Translations under genes and position numbers: made by a program
The notes under the pieces: generated by a model
Database searches by the model: none
What the model was told of the DNA's origin: nothing
The model's input: the letters and a program-made list of their open reading frames with translations, nothing else
Origin: a virus
Lineage: Duplodnaviria > Caudoviricetes
Length of the DNA stretch: 64,000 nucleotides
Virus record (IMG/VR): IMGVR_UViG_3300033076_000375
Location: 96,001 to 160,000 of that record
Direction: 5' to 3' (one strand)
Part shown: positions 27,686 through 37,406 of the stretch, in pieces
Numbering within the stretch: the first letter of the stretch is position 1
Layout: each line of letters begins with the position of its first letter

Positions 27686-29938
27686 ATGGCATTAACACGA
27701 CTACCCAGCTTTACCCTACTAACCACTGACGATTTCACCTTCGGTAATGTAACCGTTTCAGGCAATATCACAGCTAATTACCTGATTGGAAACGGTAGTC
27801 AGTTAACTGGGTTACCTGCAAGTTATACTGATACTAACGCAAATGCAGCGATTGATGCCAAAGTAACAAAAGCGTTTATCGATAATTTAAACGTTGATGC
27901 AGATACACTAGACGGGTTAAACTCAACAGCGTTTGCAACTTCAGCACAAGGAACTTTAGCTGATTCAGCCGTTCAACCGGGTGATTTGGCAACCGTTGCT
28001 ACAACCGGTTCATACACTGATTTAATCAATAAGCCAACGTTGTTCGATGGCACGTATGCTAACTTGACAGGTCTCCCAACTTTAGGCACTGCGGCAGCAA
28101 CAAACGCAAACGCCTATGCTACTGCGGCACAAGGAACAAAAGCTGACACTGCACTTCAATCAGCAGATTTAGTTGGATATGCAACAGAAACATACGTAGG
28201 TACACAGATTAGTAATCTAGTAGATGCCGCACCAACTACATTAAACACATTAAATGAACTTGCAGCAGCATTGGGTGACGATGCGAACTTTGCTACGACT
28301 ATTGCGAATTCAATTGGTAATAAATTAGCTATCAGCGATTTTACATCAACCGCAGATACATGGTTAGGTACTAAAACTACAAGCAATGTATCTGAGGGAA
28401 CTAACTTATATTTCACAGACACTAGAGCAAACAGTGCTATCGACACACGTGTTACAAAAACATTCGTTGATAACTTGTCAGTTGTTGCAAATATTTCTAA
28501 TATTGCGTATTCAATTACTGGGTCGAACGTTAGTGGACCTGTTGCGTTTGCAACTACTGCTAATAGTGTAGCCGGTGCAAACGTTTCAGGTGAAGTAGCG
28601 TTTGCTGCCGTTGCAAATTCAGTATCAGCGGCAAACGTTAGCGGTTTAGGTAATGTTGCTACACTTAACTTAGATGGTAATGTAAGTAACATACTATACG
28701 GTAACGGCGTATTTGCAGCAGCACCAGCAGGTGGGGGAGGATCGTCTTACGGTGATTCAAATATAGCGGCGTACTTACCAACATACACTGGTAACTTAAC
28801 TCCTGGCAATCTTATAATTGATCCAACGAATTTGAAACTTTCTGGTGGTTCTGCTGACTATGTACTAACAACTGACGGCACTGGCAATTTAAGTTGGGCT
28901 GCTCAATCAGGCGGTGGCGGCACAGTTAACTCCTCGTATGTTACTAGGACATATACAGGTAATGGTTCTACTACAGGATTCACAGTCACATCTGGGGTAA
29001 CTGTTGATAGTGTTATCGTATCACTAAGTGGTATTGTTCAAACTCCCACAACGGATTATAGCGTTACAGGCACAACGTTAACATTTACAACTGCACCACC
29101 AAATGGAGTACAGATTCAAATTCGTGAAATTGGTATTCCAATGGCATCCGGCAGTAATTCGCAAATTCTATTCAATGACGCAGGTAAAGTCGGGGGCACA
29201 GCTAATTTAACATTTAACAAGTCAACCGGTATGTTGACAGCCGCTAAATTAACTGCAACATCTGCTAACTTAGGTGACGTTGGTAATTTAAGAATTGCAG
29301 GTGGTAACGTAGGTGAAATTCTTGCCTCATTGGGCAATGGTCAAATGGCATGGGCTAACATTGTTGCTAACGGAGATATTATCGTTAACGGTGGCACAGG
29401 TGGCGGTGGTGCGAGTGTAACTGTTTCTGCTACTGCACCAACCACTCCTGCAGAAGGTGACATGTGGTTGGATAGTGAAACAGGTGAATTAAACGTTTAC
29501 TTTAGTGATGCATGGGCTAGTGTTACTGAAAGTGCACCTCAATTAACCTCTGTTGTTGATAATTTTACAGGTGATAGTTTAACGACACAGTTTACATTGT
29601 CAGCAACTCCGACAAGCGAAGCATATACATTAGTTGCAATTGGTGGTATTTTGCAACCAAGAAATACATATTCTATTTCAGGTAATGTACTGACAACATC
29701 AAGTGCAGTTCCTAGCAATACACCCATTGAAGTAACAACTTTAGGTGGATTTGCTAGCCCAGTAGGAGCAGCTAGTGTGGTACTGAACAACGCACAACCA
29801 AATATTACTAGCGTGGGCACATTGACTGGGTTAGATATCGCTGGCAACGTTTCAGTCACTGGTAACCTAACAATAAATAACGCAGCACCAGCAACAACAG
29901 GTAAAGCTATTGCAATGGCAATAGTATTCGGATTCTAA
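27686..29938 (+). CDS. Fibre protein (750 aa), paralog of 16291-20508, with type-B C-terminal peptide
   Basis: Long blocks shared with 16291-20508; ends TTGKAIAMAIVFGF. Confidence 0.85.
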   Translation: MALTRLPSFTLLTTDDFTFGNVTVSGNITANYLIGNGSQLTGLPASYTDTNANAAIDAKVTKAFIDNLNVDADTLDGLNSTAFATSAQGTLADSAVQPGDLATVATTGSYTDLINKPTLFDGTYANLTGLPTLGTAAATNANAYATAAQGTKADTALQSADLVGYATETYVGTQISNLVDAAPTTLNTLNELAAALGDDANFATTIANSIGNKLAISDFTSTADTWLGTKTTSNVSEGTNLYFTDTRANSAIDTRVTKTFVDNLSVVANISNIAYSITGSNVSGPVAFATTANSVAGANVSGEVAFAAVANSVSAANVSGLGNVATLNLDGNVSNILYGNGVFAAAPAGGGGSSYGDSNIAAYLPTYTGNLTPGNLIIDPTNLKLSGGSADYVLTTDGTGNLSWAAQSGGGGTVNSSYVTRTYTGNGSTTGFTVTSGVTVDSVIVSLSGIVQTPTTDYSVTGTTLTFTTAPPNGVQIQIREIGIPMASGSNSQILFNDAGKVGGTANLTFNKSTGMLTAAKLTATSANLGDVGNLRIAGGNVGEILASLGNGQMAWANIVANGDIIVNGGTGGGGASVTVSATAPTTPAEGDMWLDSETGELNVYFSDAWASVTESAPQLTSVVDNFTGDSLTTQFTLSATPTSEAYTLVAIGGILQPRNTYSISGNVLTTSSAVPSNTPIEVTTLGGFASPVGAASVVLNNAQPNITSVGTLTGLDIAGNVSVTGNLTINNAAPATTGKAIAMAIVFGF

Positions 29939-29947
29939 GGATTAATT

Positions 29948-30307
29948 ATGGCTAACCCAAACATTGTACAAGTAACAAACATCGTAGGTAACACCCAAGT
30001 CGCTAACGTAACTACATCAGCAACGGCAATCGTAACTAATAATACTAGTAGCGGCAAAATATTTAAACTAAATGGTATCATCGTATCAAATGTTGATGGA
30101 GCAAACTCTGCAACGATTACGGTTGACTTGTATAGAAATTCAGTAGCCTATGTTCTTACTAGTGGGGTAACAGTAACTCCAAATACTTCATACACCCCTA
30201 TTGATAAAACATTAAGTTTATACTTACTAGAAGGGGATACTCTCAGAGTTACAGCAAATGTAAATAATAGATTACAAGCTGTTGCTACTTGGGAGGAAAT
30301 TAGCTAA
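29948..30307 (+). CDS. Type-B adaptor (119 aa)
   Basis: MANPNI..VSNVDG..YLLEGD.L..WEEIS; paralog of 37053 and 40283. Confidence 0.85.
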   Translation: MANPNIVQVTNIVGNTQVANVTTSATAIVTNNTSSGKIFKLNGIIVSNVDGANSATITVDLYRNSVAYVLTSGVTVTPNTSYTPIDKTLSLYLLEGDTLRVTANVNNRLQAVATWEEIS

Positions 30308-33300
30308 TGTTTAACAGTGGCATCAGAGGACGAAGAGCCAAAGACGGTGAAGGTACGGTATCTACACAAAGTGGATTCGTTCAGAAAAGTGATCCGCAAC
30401 CAACGATTACTGGTTATACTATTAGTGGAATAGACGATACCGCTTTGGATCCAGCAGGTGGACAAACAATCATAGTGACTGGTAGTGGTTTTGCAACGGG
30501 TATTAGTGGAACTATAGGCGGCACTCAATTGGGTGCAGTCACTTTTGTAAATTCAAACCAAGTAACATTTACTTCTCCTGCAAAGAGTGCAGGATCACAT
30601 GCATTGGTATTGTATAATAGCACAGGCGGTGCAGCAATATTAGTTCCTGGTATTACCTATTCAAGTGTACCTACATATACAACTGCTGCTGGGAGCATCG
30701 GTACAATATATGAAACTAAATCTATTAACATAAGTGTTGTTGCAACGAGCGACAGTGCGTTAACTTATTCATTGGATAGTGGCACTTTACCTGCCGGTGC
30801 AACATTATCAAGTAACGGCACTATTACAGGTACTGCACCCACAGATGCATCAAGCACGACATATACATTTGCTATCAAAGCAACCGATACTGAATTACAA
30901 GATGTAACACGAACATTCACGTTGACTATCAATACCGATGTAGTAACATGGTCAACTCCATCTAGCGGCGCAACCATCGCCATAGATGATAACCCATATT
31001 CACAAACACTATCAGCAACTAGTGCTGCCGGTTACAATGTGAGTTATTCTGCAAATACATTGCCTACTGGTTTAACATTAACCTCAGGTACTATCACTGG
31101 TACCCCAACTGAAGAGGGGAACGTATCTACGTTATTAACTGCAACTGCATCAACTACAAACAAGAGTGCAACTAATACTATCACTTGGGTTGTTAGCTTA
31201 TCTGATCCTTATTGGAAATCTACATCTTTGTTGTTGAACGGATCAACACCAACTACAACATTTATCAATGACGCTAGTTTGAACAATGCACAGTTGACCA
31301 TTGCTGGTGACACAAAGCCTAACTTGTTTAATCCATATACTGACGGTTATTACAGTAATTACTTTGATGGTACCGGGGATTACTTAACAATTTCAGCCAG
31401 CTCATCCCTAATGTTAGGTTCAGGTGATTTTACTGTTGAAGCCTGGGTATACACCACTCTTGCAAATCAAACTTACGGTTCGGGAATTATTGGAACGTAT
31501 GACGGCGGTTCAAATGGTGGATGGTCATTATTTGTTAATAGAAGTTCTGGTGCCACATATGGTATTGGTTTTATTCACGCCAATGCAATTCAGCAATCAT
31601 ATACAACTGCTTATCTTGCAATGAATACATGGTATCATATTGCAGTGACTAGAAGTGGAACTACACTAAGAACATTCTTAAACGGAGTACAAGTTGCATC
31701 TGGAACGTATTCAACAGCAGACACAGTTTCAGCAACATGTTATGTGGGTTCACAAGGTGTCGGTCAATACCACAATGGCTATATCTCAAATGCTCGTATG
31801 GTCAAAGGGACAGCGTTATATACTTCTAATTTCACCACACCTACTTCACCATTAACAGCAGTTGCGAACACTCAACTATTAACTTGTCAATCAAACAGAT
31901 TAATTGATAACTCACCCAACAATTTTGCAATAACGAAGAATGGTGACACCGCAGTAAGTTCAGCATATCCATTCTCTACACCAACTCTTGCTGCGTACAA
32001 CACAATGTATAGCGTATCTTTTACTGGAGCTACTGCGGATGCAGTGACTATCGCATCTGCAGGAGCCCCATTGAACTTAGACGCAGACTTTACAGTAGAG
32101 TTTTGGATATTTAAAACTGCGTATAGTTCTAATAATTATACTCAATATTTAAATACTGGAAGTAACAGTCAAGCATTAAAATCAACAAATACAGGCCCAA
32201 TCTATTTTTATAACGGAACATCGTACAGTTATACAGGGGCAATAGTCCCATTGAATGTATGGACGCATGTTGCTTGGGTTCGTTCAGGGTCAACATCTAG
32301 AGTTTATGTCAATGGCACGAGCGGATCGTCATTAACTACATTCACATCAACTGTTACATGGGGTACAGGAACATTTAGAATCGGGTCTGACGGAGGCGGC
32401 GGTTTAGGAGAAACCTTAATTGGTTCAATGTCAAATGTACGTGTTATTAAAGGAACTGCAATATACGATGTAACACAAACAACTATTACTGTTCCTACAG
32501 GTCTACTAACATCAGTTTCCGGCACGAGTTTATTGACTTGTCAAAATTCTACATTGAAAGACAACTCGACAAATAATTTCACAGTGGCTAGTAGCGGAAG
32601 TGCTAGCCCAATCGCAATAAGTCCATTTAATATGACAACTAGTTCGACTACTGTAACTAGTTTAGGTTCAGCATATTTTCCAGCAACATCAGCATACACT
32701 ACTTATTCTCCAGCAAATAGTGATGCATTTGGCACAGGCGACTTTACGGTTGAATGTTGGTTTAATCCAGCAAGTACTGCATCAGTCAATATTTCTATGG
32801 CTAGCACTACAACTAGTACTTGGGAATTATTGGTGTATTTAAATCAACTATACTGGCATGAAAACGGAGGAAACTTGGGTGGAACTGGTTACGGTTCTAT
32901 ACCACTGAATGCTTGGAGCCATTTGGCAGTTTCTAGATCCGGAACGGCACTAAGAATGTTCATCAATGGTATTCAAGTGTATTCAGTGACAAACAGTTAC
33001 AATTATAGCGCATCACCTGCTACAAGAAGCATCGGTCCATATAACGGTGGTTCTGCCCCCGCTTATATTAGCAATTTTAGAGTAATAAAAGGTACTGCGC
33101 TATACACTAGTAACTTCTTACCACCACAAGCTCCGCTAACATCTGTAACAAACACCCAGTTACTAACACTTCAATACAACGGTGGTGCAAATAACAATGG
33201 ATTTGTTGACCAATCAACATTCAATTACAATATAACTAGAACCGGAAATCCAACACAAGGTACATTTAGTCCGTTCAGTCAAACTGGTTGGAGTACATAC

Positions 33301-36300
33301 TTCTCCGCTACTGGAAACAGTTTATCTGGATCTCACTCTTTGTTAAACGTTTCAAGTCAAAACACCTTGTTCACTTTTGAGTGTTGGGTATATCCTATAA
33401 CTTCTGGGTATTTTACTGGAATAGGTTCCGGCGGCGCCTACGGGAATTCGTTTGCAGTTGATTGGGGTCTAGGTGCAGCGAATAAGTTTAGAGTATTTGG
33501 TGGAAATGGTAGTAGCAATCCTGTAAGTTTTACCAGTACGAACACGTTCACTGCTAATTCTTGGTATCATATTGCAGTTACGAACGAAGCCGGCGGGGTC
33601 AAAAAATTATATGTAAATGGTGTATTAGAAGGTACTCAAACTTATAACGGTACACTTGCAACCGGCACAACGTTCGTGGTTAATGGTGTTTATGATAATA
33701 ACGGGTTGGGTAATAATGGTGGCTCAAGTTATGTTTCTAATTTACGTTGGGTGATAGGTTCAATAGTATATGCTTCTGCGTTCACCCCACCGACTACACC
33801 ATTGCAAACTATAACCGGTACAGTAGTTCTAGTATGTAATGCAAATAGATTTATCGACTCTAGTTCAAATAATCTGACAGTGACGGTTACCGGAACTCCG
33901 TCAGTTCAAGCCTACTCGCCATTCGGTAGTGTAAGAAGTGTTCCAATAAGTTATAGTAATTACTTTGATGGTACTGGTGATTATCTGAGTACTTCAAATA
34001 ATACTGCCTTTAACTTTGGTACAGGTGACTTTACGCTTGAATTATGGGCAAATCATTCTAGTGTCGGTCAAATTCAATCTATGGTTTCTAACTATACTGG
34101 TGCAGCAAACGGATGGGGCTTTCAATGGAGAAGTGACACAGCCAGACTTGATTTCTTCATGGGCGACACTCAGTTAATATATTATTCATTTACGCCTACC
34201 GTGGGAACATGGTATCACTATGCTGTAACAAGGTCTGGAACGTCAATGAAGATGTTCATTAACGGAGCAGTAGTTGCAACGGTTACTGATTCCACTAACT
34301 TAACATCTACTGGACCAACATACATAGGTATGATTAATGGTACTTACGGTCAATACACCTATGGTTATTTGTCTAACGTTAGACTAGTTAAAGGAACTGC
34401 ATTATATACATCAGCATTCACGCCAAGTACAACACCATTGACAACTACAAGTCAAGGTGCCACTGCAAATCAAGTATCATTACTAACATGTCAGTCAACT
34501 ACCTTAATAGATAATTCGACTAACTATTTTACATTGACTGCAAACGGTGACGTAAAACCATTACCATTCAATCCATTTGGTTCGACAACTGATAAGAAAT
34601 CATATTCATCTAGTACAAACGGCGGTTCTATGTATTTCTCTAATGCCGCCGCTAACTATTTGACAGTGACAGATTCTACTCTCTGGAACATAGGATCAAC
34701 GACACCATTTACAGTAGAAGCATGGGTATACCCTATTGGTATTACTGGTAGTTCCATCATCTCTAGTATGTTCGCAAATAGCAAAGTACCATACGCATTA
34801 GGTATTGGTAATGCAGTGGGGGTAGTGGCAACCAGTAATCAAGTTTGGTTTGGTCACTATAATAGCGGATGGGCTGGCGTAGTATCACCTGGATCATTGA
34901 CAATGAATCAGTGGACTCACGTTGCAGGTGTATATACCGGTACTACAATATATTTGTTCGTGAACGGTGTGATGGTTACCAGCTCGGTATCATCATGGGT
35001 CGCATATGACGGAGCCACTACAGCTGGATATATTGCAAAACGCTGGGACGGTGTCGGTGGTGGCGCAGACGGGTTCAATGGATATATCACTGATGCAAGA
35101 ATAACCAAAGGTGCTGCCCTTTATACCTCAAACTTCTATCCAAGTACCTCACCTGCAACACCGACAACCACACTCGGTACTAGTACCTATCCTTCTAACT
35201 TGTTAGTAAATGGAACCTCAAGTGGTATCATTGACTATCACGGTTCTACTAACTTAGAAACAGTCGGAAACACTCAATTAGCAAGTGAAGATCCATATAA
35301 TGGAAGTTATTATAGTGTTACAGCAGACGCAAATGCAGTAAACTTAACATACAGTGGAACCACTTTTGGAACAGGGGCTTTTACGGTTGAAATGTGGGTT
35401 TATATACCGGCAGTAGCGGCTACTTTTGTGAAGTATTTAATTTATTCAGCAGCCACTGGTGCTTTCAGACTACAAATAAACAGTGGAACCACTATTCGTA
35501 TGTTCTCTGTAGGTCTGACCACACAAGCATTTACAGTACCTCAGTGGCAATATGATACTTGGTATCACATCGCATACACCAGAGATGCTTCTGGAAATGC
35601 TACTGTGTTTGTGAACGGAACTAGAAGTTCGACTGGATCAATTTCTGATACCAACAACTATTCAGTGGCTACTACTCAAATTGGTGGCGGAACTAATACT
35701 ATTCTTTCAAATGTCCGTTTTGTTACTGGAACAACTGTATATGACCCTACATTATCTACTATAACTGTTCCTACTAGTCCATTGACCGCAGTTAACGGTA
35801 CACAGTTATTAACTTGTCAATCAAATAGATTCAAAGATAATAGTTCTAATAATTACACAATAGATGCGACTTCCGTTGTTACTCACTATGTCAGAACCTT
35901 TAACCCATTCCGACAAAACACTGGAAAGAGTTTGTATTTTGATGGCAGTGGCGATTATTTGGTCACACCATATGTTGCTAATTTCTCAACTCAGTGGCTT
36001 AGTGATGGTACTATAGAATGTTGGGTATATTTCAACTCGGTTGCTAACGCACCGCATGTATGGTCGTTGAGTGAAGATGGTTCACATAGAACAACTTTTT
36101 ACTTGAGTGGTGCGGTGTTTAAGTTCTTCGTATCAGTTGCCGGCGGAAGCGATATTATTGTTTCTACCACCACTATCGCTGCAGGTCAATGGTATCATAC
36201 AGCAATAACTAGGTCAGGAACCACTTGGACAATGTGGTTAAATGGAGTATCACAAGGAACATCTACTAGCACTTCAAGACCATACGGACCTAACGAAATG

Positions 36301-36441
36301 TTATGTTTAGGGTGGCAAAACTATTCAGGCGCGGCTGGCGATTATTTGAACGGTTACATCAAAGACCTAAGAATCACTAAAGGTTTAGCACGTTATACAA
36401 CAACCTTTACCCCTCCTACAATTCCTCTGAAGAATAAGTAA
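30307..36441 (+). CDS. Giant adhesin (2044 aa): IPT/Ig-like stalk plus about 8 LamG/ConA-like lectin repeats
   Basis: AGGQTIIVTGSGF (IPT-like) and LPAGATLSSNGTITGT (Ig-like); repeats of S.YF.G.GDYL..DFTVE.W..WYHIA.TRSG..GYISN.R..KG. Confidence 0.85.
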   Translation: MFNSGIRGRRAKDGEGTVSTQSGFVQKSDPQPTITGYTISGIDDTALDPAGGQTIIVTGSGFATGISGTIGGTQLGAVTFVNSNQVTFTSPAKSAGSHALVLYNSTGGAAILVPGITYSSVPTYTTAAGSIGTIYETKSINISVVATSDSALTYSLDSGTLPAGATLSSNGTITGTAPTDASSTTYTFAIKATDTELQDVTRTFTLTINTDVVTWSTPSSGATIAIDDNPYSQTLSATSAAGYNVSYSANTLPTGLTLTSGTITGTPTEEGNVSTLLTATASTTNKSATNTITWVVSLSDPYWKSTSLLLNGSTPTTTFINDASLNNAQLTIAGDTKPNLFNPYTDGYYSNYFDGTGDYLTISASSSLMLGSGDFTVEAWVYTTLANQTYGSGIIGTYDGGSNGGWSLFVNRSSGATYGIGFIHANAIQQSYTTAYLAMNTWYHIAVTRSGTTLRTFLNGVQVASGTYSTADTVSATCYVGSQGVGQYHNGYISNARMVKGTALYTSNFTTPTSPLTAVANTQLLTCQSNRLIDNSPNNFAITKNGDTAVSSAYPFSTPTLAAYNTMYSVSFTGATADAVTIASAGAPLNLDADFTVEFWIFKTAYSSNNYTQYLNTGSNSQALKSTNTGPIYFYNGTSYSYTGAIVPLNVWTHVAWVRSGSTSRVYVNGTSGSSLTTFTSTVTWGTGTFRIGSDGGGGLGETLIGSMSNVRVIKGTAIYDVTQTTITVPTGLLTSVSGTSLLTCQNSTLKDNSTNNFTVASSGSASPIAISPFNMTTSSTTVTSLGSAYFPATSAYTTYSPANSDAFGTGDFTVECWFNPASTASVNISMASTTTSTWELLVYLNQLYWHENGGNLGGTGYGSIPLNAWSHLAVSRSGTALRMFINGIQVYSVTNSYNYSASPATRSIGPYNGGSAPAYISNFRVIKGTALYTSNFLPPQAPLTSVTNTQLLTLQYNGGANNNGFVDQSTFNYNITRTGNPTQGTFSPFSQTGWSTYFSATGNSLSGSHSLLNVSSQNTLFTFECWVYPITSGYFTGIGSGGAYGNSFAVDWGLGAANKFRVFGGNGSSNPVSFTSTNTFTANSWYHIAVTNEAGGVKKLYVNGVLEGTQTYNGTLATGTTFVVNGVYDNNGLGNNGGSSYVSNLRWVIGSIVYASAFTPPTTPLQTITGTVVLVCNANRFIDSSSNNLTVTVTGTPSVQAYSPFGSVRSVPISYSNYFDGTGDYLSTSNNTAFNFGTGDFTLELWANHSSVGQIQSMVSNYTGAANGWGFQWRSDTARLDFFMGDTQLIYYSFTPTVGTWYHYAVTRSGTSMKMFINGAVVATVTDSTNLTSTGPTYIGMINGTYGQYTYGYLSNVRLVKGTALYTSAFTPSTTPLTTTSQGATANQVSLLTCQSTTLIDNSTNYFTLTANGDVKPLPFNPFGSTTDKKSYSSSTNGGSMYFSNAAANYLTVTDSTLWNIGSTTPFTVEAWVYPIGITGSSIISSMFANSKVPYALGIGNAVGVVATSNQVWFGHYNSGWAGVVSPGSLTMNQWTHVAGVYTGTTIYLFVNGVMVTSSVSSWVAYDGATTAGYIAKRWDGVGGGADGFNGYITDARITKGAALYTSNFYPSTSPATPTTTLGTSTYPSNLLVNGTSSGIIDYHGSTNLETVGNTQLASEDPYNGSYYSVTADANAVNLTYSGTTFGTGAFTVEMWVYIPAVAATFVKYLIYSAATGAFRLQINSGTTIRMFSVGLTTQAFTVPQWQYDTWYHIAYTRDASGNATVFVNGTRSSTGSISDTNNYSVATTQIGGGTNTILSNVRFVTGTTVYDPTLSTITVPTSPLTAVNGTQLLTCQSNRFKDNSSNNYTIDATSVVTHYVRTFNPFRQNTGKSLYFDGSGDYLVTPYVANFSTQWLSDGTIECWVYFNSVANAPHVWSLSEDGSHRTTFYLSGAVFKFFVSVAGGSDIIVSTTTIAAGQWYHTAITRSGTTWTMWLNGVSQGTSTSTSRPYGPNEMLCLGWQNYSGAAGDYLNGYIKDLRITKGLARYTTTFTPPTIPLKNK

Positions 36442-36450
36442 GACTAAATA
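36442..36450 (+). promoter_or_regulatory. T4-late-like promoter GACTAAATA
   Basis: Directly after the stop codon; +6 nt AGGA; 16 nt before the ATG. Confidence 0.7.
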
Positions 36451-36466
36451 TATTATAGGATAAAAC

Positions 36467-37051
36467 ATGGCAATTACTTTCCCTAGCAACCCAACGACAA
36501 ATCAAACGTACACTTACGGCGGTAAAGTCTGGACATTCAACGGCTCACGTTGGTTGAATACAGGGGCAAGTTATACATCAAGTACACCGGTGGTACCGAT
36601 AACAGTATCAGATACTGAACCCGGATCAACCCAAGAAGGTTCTATATGGGTTGATAGCACGACCGGTACGTTGAGTGTTTACGTGGGAGGGTCATGGGTT
36701 TTAGCAAGCGCAGGAGTGTTGAATGTAGCGGCGAACACATTGCCAGGAAACTCGATTGTAGACGGATCAATTACAGCAACGCAACTAGCATCTGGAGCCG
36801 CAGTACCAACACAAACAGGACAATCTGGTAAGTTTTTGACTACTGATGGTTCAACTGCGTCTTGGGCAACAGTTGATGCACTACCGTCTCAATCAACAAA
36901 TTCAGGTAAATACTTAACAACTGATGGAACTAACGCATCTTGGACAACAGTTACGACTACTCCTGGTGCAAATACTATTACTACAGACATGTTGAATACA
37001 ACCGCTAAATCACGAATGGCAGGGTTCAACTTAATTTTCGGGGCACAATAA
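36467..37051 (+). CDS. Short fibre with FPxxP N-terminus and type-B C-terminal peptide
   Basis: MAITFPSNPTTNQTYTY..W; P.Q...SGK.LTTDG..ASW repeats; ends SRMAGFNLIFGAQ. Confidence 0.8.
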   Translation: MAITFPSNPTTNQTYTYGGKVWTFNGSRWLNTGASYTSSTPVVPITVSDTEPGSTQEGSIWVDSTTGTLSVYVGGSWVLASAGVLNVAANTLPGNSIVDGSITATQLASGAAVPTQTGQSGKFLTTDGSTASWATVDALPSQSTNSGKYLTTDGTNASWTTVTTTPGANTITTDMLNTTAKSRMAGFNLIFGAQ

Positions 37052-37052
37052 T

Positions 37053-37406
37053 ATGGCAACACCTAATATCATCAACGCAGCAACTATTAATGGATTAACT
37101 GCTCTTGCAGCAGTAACTACTACGCCAACTTCTATTGTGTCTAACTCAGCTTCAAGTGGCAAAGCACAACGAATCAATGCTTTGTATGTATCAAATGTTA
37201 ATGGTACTACTGCCGCAACTGTAACAGTTTCAATTATTAGAAGCTCAACTAGCTATCGTCTTGCATATCAAATGAGTGTTCCGGCAGCAAGCTCACTGGA
37301 TCTAATTAGCAAAACTCTATATTTAAATGAAGGTGATGCATTGCAAATATCGGCAAGTGTTAACTCATACTTAGAAGCAGTAGTAAGCTACGAGGAGATT
37401 AGTTAA
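37053..37406 (+). CDS. Type-B adaptor (117 aa)
   Basis: MATPNII..VSNVNG..LYLNEGD.L..SYEEIS. Confidence 0.85.
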   Translation: MATPNIINAATINGLTALAAVTTTPTSIVSNSASSGKAQRINALYVSNVNGTTAATVTVSIIRSSTSYRLAYQMSVPAASSLDLISKTLYLNEGDALQISASVNSYLEAVVSYEEIS